Shown here: positions 1 to 6,670 of the stretch, in pieces
How positions within the stretch are numbered: position 1 is the stretch's first letter
Layout of the letters: every line of letters begins with the position of its first letter
Made by a program: the position numbers and the translations under genes
Source: an uncultured Gemmatimonadales bacterium
GTDB lineage: Bacteria; Gemmatimonadota; Gemmatimonadetes; Gemmatimonadales; GWC2-71-9
NCBI GenBank assembly: GCA_963842945.1
Contig: CAWJIM010000009.1
Location: forward strand, 1-12,208
Direction: 5' to 3'
Length of the DNA stretch: 12,208 nucleotides
Notes under the pieces: model-generated
Database searches by the model: none
The model's input: the letters and a program-made list of their open reading frames with translations, nothing else
What the model was told of the DNA's origin: nothing

Positions 1-92
1 GAAAGGCTGGGTCCTTTAGTCTGGCCGGGGGGTGACGCCCGGGTAAAAGTCGAGCCGCGGGAAGCAGGAGTGCTTTCCGTCGGGAACCCAGA

Positions 93-121
93 AGCATAGC
101 GGCGACTGATTCCCAACGCAA
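93..121 (-). promoter_or_regulatory. Putative sigma70-type promoter for a gene beyond the left edge
   Basis: Minus strand reads TTGCGT (121-116), a 17-nt spacer, then TATGCT (98-93). An SD-like AAAGGA follows at 17-12, so a start codon is expected just outside the window. Confidence 0.6.
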
Positions 122-179
122 GGTCCAACAATCGGTTGGGACGTCTGAAGTGGGGTCGACTTAGGGGCGGTGCCGGTGG

Positions 180-926
180 TTATTCGCCTGCAGCGGCCGA
201 GATAAACGCGCGGAAGAGCCGGTTCATCCGTTGATCCCGCTCGGCCAGGGCCTCTGGATGCCACTGGACTCCGATCAGGAAGTGGCCGTTGGGAGACTCG
301 ATACCCTCCACCAGCCCGTCGGGAGCGTAGGCGCTGGGGCGAAGTCCTTCTCCCAGCCGCTTGATTCCCTGGTGGTGCATGCTGTTGACCGGGATACGGG
401 GACCACCGCCGAGCAAGGAGCTCAGACGGGAGCCTGGCGTCAGCTCGACATCATGGACCAGGAGGTCGCGGGTGTACTGGCCCGCTTTGGGGAAGTAATC
501 GTGCTTGATAGCGCCGGGCAGCTGAGTGGCGAGATCCTGGTGGACACTGCCACCGGCCGCCACGTTCACCACCTGGATGCCGCGACATACCGCCAGCAGC
601 GGCTTCTTGTCCTCCAGGGACCAGCGGGTAAGGGTAAGCTCGATCTCGTCCCGCGCTGGATCGGTCCGGCCGCAGCCCTCGTGTTGCTCCTGGTAAGCGG
701 ACGGATCCAGGTCCACTCCGCCGGGCAGAAATACGCCATCCAGCCGGTCATAGATACCCCGCAGGGTCGGCAGGTCGCCCTGGATTAGGGGAATGATCCA
801 GGGAATGGCACCGGCGGCGACCAATACCCTCACGTATTGCTGGCTCATGACCCAGCAACGGGGCAGCTCGCCCGGAATTTCCTCCAGCGTTTGGGTGGGA
901 ACTCCGATGATCGGTCTGTCGGTCAT
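180..926 (-). CDS. Gamma-glutamyl-gamma-aminobutyrate hydrolase family protein (peptidase C26, class I glutamine amidotransferase-like, PuuD-like), 248 aa
   Basis: Motifs RPIIGV, DGVFLPGGVDLDP, RDEIE, AVCRGIQ (Cys nucleophile), VNSMHHQ and GVQWHPE (His-Pro-Glu). ATG at 926, TAA at 180-182. Confidence 0.92.
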   Translation of the reverse strand: MTDRPIIGVPTQTLEEIPGELPRCWVMSQQYVRVLVAAGAIPWIIPLIQGDLPTLRGIYDRLDGVFLPGGVDLDPSAYQEQHEGCGRTDPARDEIELTLTRWSLEDKKPLLAVCRGIQVVNVAAGGSVHQDLATQLPGAIKHDYFPKAGQYTRDLLVHDVELTPGSRLSSLLGGGPRIPVNSMHHQGIKRLGEGLRPSAYAPDGLVEGIESPNGHFLIGVQWHPEALAERDQRMNRLFRAFISAAAGE

Positions 927-966
927 GCCGCCTGCTCCACTGGACGGTGTGGTCGCGTTCTCGGAC

Positions 967-2105
967 CTAACGCCGGGTCGACGAGACCGGTTCCAGGGAA
1001 TCTACCACCCCTTCCTTCGTCTCGGCGATCAGCATGTCCACCACTGCTTTCAGGTCTCCGGTTTCCCGGAACCGGGCCAGCTGCCGATCGGCGCTGGTGC
1101 CATGCTCCAGGATGTGAAAGGCGTACTCTACTTCTCTGCGGCTACCCAGCTCATCGAGCACATCGTCGATGAACCATTGGATCAATTCCTGGACCAGGCT
1201 CCTTGCCTGAAGCTCTTGCTCCTTCCCAAGATCGATCAGCCTCCCGTCGAGCCCGTAACGCACTGCCCGCCACTTGTTCTCTTCCAAGAGTGACAGGGGA
1301 TACATCCGGAAGGTCATGTTGTCCCGCCGCAGCTTCCACAGCTTCGCCACAATGGCCTGGAGGATGCCCGCTACGCAGACCGCTTCTTCCACCCGGGTGC
1401 AGACATCGCACCCCCGGAATTCGAGAGTGGGGTAACTGTGATTGGGTCGGACGTCCCACCAGATCTTGGAGGCATCCGGCACGCAGCCGGTTCGCACCAG
1501 AGTATCCACCAGCGAGGCGTAGCCGGTCCAGGAGTCGAGCACCGGGGGTATTCCGGTCCGGGGAAAATTGCGGAAAATGATGCTTCGGTACGACTTGAGT
1601 CCGGTGTCTCGGCCCATCCAGAAGGGGAGCTGGTGGACAGCATGAGCACGTGGGGAACGAAGTACCGGGCAACGTTCATGGCGTCGATGAGGAAGTCGCG
1701 GTCCTCGATACCGATGTGCACGTGGGTTCCGAAGATCAGGAGCTGCTGGGCCAGATCGGCCAGATCCTGCCGCACTCCCATGTAGCGTTCGAGCGGAGTG
1801 ATCTCCTGGGTCAACCAGGAGGAGAACGGGTGAGTGCCGGCTGCCGCAATCGCGAGTCCGTTACGGCCGGCCAGCTGCATGACGGCTCCGCGAAGTCGGA
1901 CCAGCTCGGCTCGGGCGTCGGCCGGGGTACGGCAGACCCGCGTTCCGATCTCGACCATCGACTGATGCAGCTCGGGCTTTACCTCTCCCATGATCATCTG
2001 ATCGCCGGAGAGTATCTCCGTGATGTAGGAGCGGAGCTCCCGGGTCTCGGGATCGATGATCTGATACTCTTCCTCGATGCCGAGGGTAAGAGACGGCGGC
2101 TTCAT
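967..2105 (-). CDS. ybdK: Carboxylate-amine ligase, YbdK / glutamate--cysteine ligase family 2 (GCS2), ~379 aa; one apparent frameshift at ~1624-1627
   Basis: The N-half (ORF 1371..2105) has [30 protein letters not shown] and [10 protein letters not shown]. The C-half (ORF 967..1617) has [22 protein letters not shown] and [10 protein letters not shown]. Adding one base to the G4 run at 1624-1627 restores the conserved SSPFWMG junction. The ATG overlaps the upstream stop (ATGA). Confidence 0.9.
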
Positions 2106-3463
2106 GGCATGCCTCGTTTCTCCACGACGAACGACGGTACCGTCGAACCTCCTCCGGCCGTCACATTGAGCAGGGCCGCGGACGAAAGCCGTGTGAGCAA
2201 GCCATCGGCAAACTCCCCGTACGCTACGAACGGCGCGGTATCCAGCATCCGGTCTCGAATGTCCACTGCTCCATTGAGCACGGTGGGGAAAGGCTCAAAT
2301 GGAAGAGGCACCCGCTCCTGCGCCACGTAGGGCTGGGCCAGCGCCTTTGCCACCGCCTGCTCCCAGCTCGACGAATCGACCTCCCACCCAAGAACGATCC
2401 CCGCCCCGCCGTAGTCATCACTCGGCTTCAGCACCAGGTTCTCCCGCTGCTCCAGAATGAAGGGAACCAGATCGATGCTGCGCCCCCGGAATTCCGACCT
2501 GCGTTCCTCCACCCGGCGGGTCCAGGGCAGATACGCCTCGATGGCCTGCTTTTCCTCGGTAGTAAACAGGGCGGCGTTGCGCTCATCACTCAGAACCGCC
2601 AGGCTCGTCTTCTTGTGGAGCAGCTTGCACTGAAACGGATTCACCATGCATACCGCCCCCTCGCGGACGGCCCGCAGAAGCGGAGTGTCGAGTCCCTCTC
2701 TGCCGACCAGCTCGCTCAGGAGCACGCGCTTGTAGATCAGAGTCACATGCAGCGGACCGGCCAGAAGCCTTCCACCGCGATACTCCATTTCCCGCGGGTC
2801 CACTATCTCGCACTGGAGCCCCTGAGAGCGAAAATACTCCTGGAACAGAATGAACTCGCTCCTGGTCGGCACCTCGTTCCAATCCACAATGGCAATTCGG
2901 GGCAATTCGGACCTTCCGGACCATTGGCGGAATGCGTCGAGCAACACATGGAGCACACCGTGTCGTGCGGGCAAGGGCCGGACGTTGTAGCTCCGGAGGA
3001 ACTCTCGCATCACCGGTAGTCCGTAAAACAAAGTCGAGAGTGCGTCATTATACGCCGACCCCGCCGGTGTCTCCGCGTTGTACTCGGTGAAGCGAACACC
3101 GTGGGGTAAAAAAAAGGCGTCCAGCCGCGACGCGGGACTGGGATCCCGAAACCCGGGACCGCACCCGAGCATCTGCTCCTCCCAATCCAGGAGGGCAAAC
3201 TGGCTCCGCACGGAGGGGCTCGCCAGCGCGGCGGCGTACGCCGTCCGAAACGGAGCCATGATCCGGGCCGCGCCGGTCTGTAACGTCTGATACTGCTGCG
3301 GGGTAAGGAACCGCGGCCGCAGGACCGTGCAGAGTGGCCGGTCGCCGAAATACAGACCGCGCGAGCGGAGTTGCAGGTCCAGCTGAGCCTGCGACGCTTG
3401 GGCAATCTCATCGGTCAGCAGGCTGTGGTAGACGTCGATAGCGCCGACCAGGGAATCAGTCAC
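2102..3463 (-). CDS. Circularly permuted ATP-grasp ligase (glutathionylspermidine synthase / CP_ATPgrasp-like), ~453 aa
   Basis: RLDAF and EYNAETPAG (R-x-D and E-x-N metal/ATP motifs) lie N-terminal of VLKPSDDYGGAGI, YVAQE and NVTAGGG, which is the permuted order. The likely start is GTG at 3463, overlapping the upstream TGA (GTGA), not the ATG at 3622. Confidence 0.8.
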   Translation of the reverse strand: MTDSLVGAIDVYHSLLTDEIAQASQAQLDLQLRSRGLYFGDRPLCTVLRPRFLTPQQYQTLQTGAARIMAPFRTAYAAALASPSVRSQFALLDWEEQMLGCGPGFRDPSPASRLDAFFLPHGVRFTEYNAETPAGSAYNDALSTLFYGLPVMREFLRSYNVRPLPARHGVLHVLLDAFRQWSGRSELPRIAIVDWNEVPTRSEFILFQEYFRSQGLQCEIVDPREMEYRGGRLLAGPLHVTLIYKRVLLSELVGREGLDTPLLRAVREGAVCMVNPFQCKLLHKKTSLAVLSDERNAALFTTEEKQAIEAYLPWTRRVEERRSEFRGRSIDLVPFILEQRENLVLKPSDDYGGAGIVLGWEVDSSSWEQAVAKALAQPYVAQERVPLPFEPFPTVLNGAVDIRDRMLDTAPFVAYGEFADGLLTRLSSAALLNVTAGGGSTVPSFVVEKRGMP

Positions 3464-4449
3464 GGCTTCGACCGGCTGCGCCGGCGCCGGCTGGTTCCAA
3501 CGGTAGCCGGGCCCGGGCTCTCTGATCCTCCGAAGAGAGTCTGCCACCGCAGTTCCCTGGATTGAGGCCGGGGCTCCAGTGCCCGCTTGATGGCCAGGTC
3601 GGCCATGCTCCGGACCACCCATTCGAAATAGTGTGGCGTGAGCGAGTTGATGTCCATGTCGGGCGCCGGATTCATGAAGTCGATGGCGTAGGGGATACCG
3701 TCCCGCACTGCGAATTCAATCGAGTTCATGTCGTAGCCCAGTGCCCGCACCAGTGTTTGCGCGTCCTGGACCACCCGGGCCCCGACCTCTGGGCTCAGGT
3801 GGGCGTGCTCGACGAGGTAGCGGCGCTCCCGGGGATCGTATTTCATCGGCAGGATCTCCTCCTGGCCGATGCAGAGGCAGCGGACGAATTGCTCCCAACG
3901 AATGAACTCCTGGACCACCATCGTCAGGAGACCGGAGTTGTCGTAGTGCCGGATCAACTCGTCCAATGTCTGGCAGACGTAAACCTCTTTCCAGCCCCCG
4001 CCGTGTGCGTCCTTCAAGACGCAGGGAAGGCCGACGTAGTCCACGATCGCCTTCCAATCGAGCGGATAGTTGAGATTCCTGAGACTCTCGTTGGGAACGA
4101 TGCCCGGCACATAGGACTTGTTGGGAAGGGCCAGGGTCTTGGGACTGGCCACGCCCAGTCTGGTGGCCAGAGCCGCCCCGAAAAACTTGTCGTCGGCGGT
4201 CCACATGAACGGATTGTTCACCACGGTGACCCCCTGCACCACCGCCTGCTTCAGGTAGCAGCGGTAGAATGGGACCTCGTGGGAAATCCGGTCGATAATG
4301 ACGTCGTAACGGCTGGCTTCGTCCATCACCACCGCCCCAACCTTCAGCAACTCCGCCTTCACTCCGGCATCCCGCCGGTTTACCTCCTCGAGGAAGGCCG
4401 GTGGAAACGACCACTCCCGGCCTACGAGGAGGCCTACGCGCTTGGTCAC
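3460..4449 (-). CDS. ATP-grasp ligase, RimK/glutathione synthase-like fold, substrate unknown, 329 aa
   Basis: DVIIDR, VVNNPF...ADDKF, PKT, GLPCVLKDAHGGGWKEVY, VVQEFI and SIEFAVRDGIPYAIDFMNPAPD occur in canonical ATP-grasp order. GTG start with GAGG upstream. Confidence 0.82.
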   Translation of the reverse strand: MTKRVGLLVGREWSFPPAFLEEVNRRDAGVKAELLKVGAVVMDEASRYDVIIDRISHEVPFYRCYLKQAVVQGVTVVNNPFMWTADDKFFGAALATRLGVASPKTLALPNKSYVPGIVPNESLRNLNYPLDWKAIVDYVGLPCVLKDAHGGGWKEVYVCQTLDELIRHYDNSGLLTMVVQEFIRWEQFVRCLCIGQEEILPMKYDPRERRYLVEHAHLSPEVGARVVQDAQTLVRALGYDMNSIEFAVRDGIPYAIDFMNPAPDMDINSLTPHYFEWVVRSMADLAIKRALEPRPQSRELRWQTLFGGSESPGPATVGTSRRRRSRSKP

Positions 4450-4461
4450 GGTATCCTCAGC

Positions 4462-5182
4462 TCAATCATGTCCTCGGATATACAACCGAATCATGCGTTC
4501 CCAATAGGGCCAGTCATGGGCCCAGCCATCCCATACCCGCAGCGCGTTCCCGATGCCTTTCCCCCACAGCACGGCCGAGAACTCCCGGTTGTTCTCGCAC
4601 GATGGGTCATCCTGACCAATAGCCAGGATGATGTCCTGTCGGCGAAGGGCCTCCAGCCGGCTGGGATCGTGCTCGTGCCGTATGAAATCGAAGGGATTGG
4701 CGGAGTACACGTCGGGGTCGGAATAACCCTCAGTCAGCCGCTTCACGTCGTACAGCCCGCTCAGGCCAATGATGCGGTTGACCACGTGAGGGTGCCGCAG
4801 GCCGAAGCAGGCCGCCTGATAGGCGCCGAAGCTCGCGCCCACGGTGATCAGATAGGGATTGGGATTGTGACTGAGAGTGAAAGGAACCACCTCGTCGAGG
4901 AGATAGCGGTCGTAGTCCAGGTGGCGCCGGGCTCGCTGATTGGGATGCAGGTGCTTCCCCATACCAGCTTTCGTCATGCACCTGGTCCAGGCAGAACAGC
5001 TGGATCCATCCGCGCTCCAGGTGTTCTCCCAGAACCTCGTGCATCCGCCGATCGGGCCACTCGTAGCGGTTTCCCAATGAGGTCGGGAACACCAACACCC
5101 GGGCACCAGCGTGACCGACCACCAGCAGCTCCATTCCCCGCCCGAGGGCCGGGCTGTGCCAGCCATGCGGCTGGATGTTCAC
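4462..5182 (-). CDS. Putative esterase, alpha/beta hydrolase, ~239 aa; one apparent frameshift at ~4957-4960
   Basis: The N-part (WHSPALGRGMELLVVGHAGARVLVFPTS...ESWYG) joins the C-part (KHLHP..RARRH..Y.RYLLDEVVP, GASFG nucleophile elbow, LSGLYD, AHDWPYW) once one C is removed from the C4 run. GTG start overlaps the upstream TGA. Confidence 0.85.
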
Positions 5183-5946
5183 TGCGCCTCCTGCCCCAGC
5201 AGGAAGGGCAACGCCCTGGCAAACCGAGGCCCCCAGGAGGCCTCGTCATGGCGGCCGGAGCGGGACTCCAGCCATTTCAAATCCCGGCCGATTCGGTACC
5301 CTTTGCGCCGAAGCAGATCGCGCATCCGTCGCGCCCGGATCACATGCTCCGGTCCCTCGGGCGAGCCGATGTCCAGGTAAATCCTTCCGGGGACAAAGGC
5401 GGCCCCTTCCACCGCGTCGAAAACCGCGTCGTTGGCAAACCAGAGCGACGGACTGAGTGCGCCCGCAAAGCCAAACGCCCCACCGGAGCGAAAGAATCCA
5501 TACAGACTTATGAGCCCGCCCATGGACGAGCCCGCGATACCGGTAGCGGCTGGTTCAGGCCGAGTGCGGAACCGCTGGTCGATGGCCGGCTTCAGCGTCT
5601 GGAGCAGAAACTCCAGGTAGCGGTCCCCGGCGCCACCACCTTGACCGGCATCTGGGAACGGGCTGTACTCCATCACGCGCTCGGCTCCCATATTCGGAAT
5701 TCCGACCACGATTGCCTCCGACCCTCGTCGCTCTGCCGCTGCCAGGATCCTGCTCAGCCGCCAATCGCCCGCGAAGCTGGTGGCGGGATCGAACAAATTC
5801 TGCCCATCGTGCATATAGAGCACGGGGTAGGTCTGATCCCGTTCCCCATACGATCCCGGAAGCCAAACCAGGATGTCCCGCCGATTGTCGAGTTGCGGGC
5901 TGTACAGCCCAGGCAGAATTTCGAGCTTGGTTTCGGTAGTCGTCAA
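5179..5946 (-). CDS. Putative esterase, alpha/beta hydrolase (Fes/IroE-like esterase superfamily), ~255 aa
   Basis: SPQLDNRRDILVWLP.SY, YPVLYMHDGQNLFD, IVVGIPN, R..EYSP, LKPAIDQRFRT, GSSMGG, SPSLW, YLDIG and HDEASW. Probable TTG start at 5946 with AGGA upstream. The ORF extension to 6132 overlaps cmk and looks non-coding. Confidence 0.85.
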   Translation of the reverse strand: MTTTETKLEILPGLYSPQLDNRRDILVWLPGSYGERDQTYPVLYMHDGQNLFDPATSFAGDWRLSRILAAAERRGSEAIVVGIPNMGAERVMEYSPFPDAGQGGGAGDRYLEFLLQTLKPAIDQRFRTRPEPAATGIAGSSMGGLISLYGFFRSGGAFGFAGALSPSLWFANDAVFDAVEGAAFVPGRIYLDIGSPEGPEHVIRARRMRDLLRRKGYRIGRDLKWLESRSGRHDEASWGPRFARALPFLLGQEAQ

Positions 5947-5962
5947 GAAATTCCGGTCCTGG

Positions 5963-6670
5963 TTACCCGCGGGAAAAGATCGGCCGCGCCCGGTCGACGA
6001 TGAAGCGAACCTGATCGGCGAAGTCCATGCTGGTGGTATCCAGGTGTACGGCGTCCGGCGCGGGGCGGAGAGGAGCCACGTCACGGGTGGAATCGGCGTG
6101 ATCTCTGGCCGCCAAAGCCGCCGCTTCAGCATCCAGGTGGCCCGGCTCTACCGCCATACCTCGCTGGCTTATCCGCCGCCCGGCCCGGGCTTCGGGTGAA
6201 GCGGTGAGAAAGATCTTGAGGTCGGCGTCGGGGAAGACGACCGTCCCGATATCACGCCCATCCACGACCACATCCTGCCCGGCCCGAACCATGGCGCGAA
6301 GCCGCGTGTTCACCCACTCCCGCACTACCGGCATGGCGGCGACAGCCGAGACGTGCGCGGTAACTTCGGGGCTCCGCAAAGCCTCTTCGGCCGGCTCTCC
6401 TTCCAGGTAGGCGGAGAACCCCACTCCATCCGACTGCAGCATCAGGCCGCGGTCCTCTGCCGCCCGCAGAATTTTTTCGGGAGCGAGGTCTGGCGGAGTG
6501 GTATCTCCAAGCCCACGTCGCAACCCCTCGCGCAGCGCGACCAGCGTAACCCCTCGATAGAGCGAGCCCGAGTCCAGGTGGGCAAACCCCAGAGCCTCGG
6601 CTACCGCTCGCGCGGTGCTGCTCTTGCCCGACGCAGAGGGGCCGTCGATCGCGATGACTCCGCCGCTCAC
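5963..6670 (-). CDS. cmk: Cytidylate kinase
   Basis: IAIDGPSASGKSS P-loop, LDSGSLYR, VVDGRDIGTVVFPDADLKIFLTAS, RD..DS.R.VAPL; sits directly after aroA. Confidence 0.96.
   Translation of the reverse strand: MSGGVIAIDGPSASGKSSTARAVAEALGFAHLDSGSLYRGVTLVALREGLRRGLGDTTPPDLAPEKILRAAEDRGLMLQSDGVGFSAYLEGEPAEEALRSPEVTAHVSAVAAMPVVREWVNTRLRAMVRAGQDVVVDGRDIGTVVFPDADLKIFLTASPEARAGRRISQRGMAVEPGHLDAEAAALAARDHADSTRDVAPLRPAPDAVHLDTTSMDFADQVRFIVDRARPIFSRG

Noticed and set aside
1..179. tRNA, known riboswitch or intrinsic terminator
   Set aside because: No cloverleaf or T-loop consensus, no riboswitch consensus I recognise, and no hairpin followed by a U-tract.
16..264. 82-aa ORF as a RiPP (graspetide) precursor for the ATP-grasp enzymes
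   Set aside because: It overlaps the hydrolase gene and the predicted promoter, and has no repeated Thr/Lys/Asp core motifs. No credible precursor peptide was seen anywhere in the window.
1620..1630. Programmed frameshift or pseudogene in ybdK
   Set aside because: A single missing base in a G4 homopolymer restores the conserved SSPFW. There is no slippery heptamer and no other decay, which is typical of a long-read error.
3464..3622. Longer N-terminus for the CP-ATP-grasp ORF
   Set aside because: It overlaps the upstream gene by 160 nt and has low-complexity sequence. The GTGA overlap at 3460-3463 is a better start.
967..4449. Ordinary glutathione biosynthesis (gshA + gshB)
   Set aside because: The ligase is YbdK-like and the ATP-grasp lacks recognisable GshB N-terminal motifs. 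A third ligase and two esterases would be left unexplained. It is not strictly excluded without assays.
4955..4962. Split esterase as two genes or a pseudogene
   Set aside because: One extra base in a C4 run explains it. The corrected gene is exactly 240 codons with intact motifs.
3562..6003. 813-aa plus-strand ORF
   Set aside because: It is an antisense shadow of three well-supported minus-strand genes. It has no recognisable motifs, and long stop-free antisense frames are common in GC-rich coding DNA.
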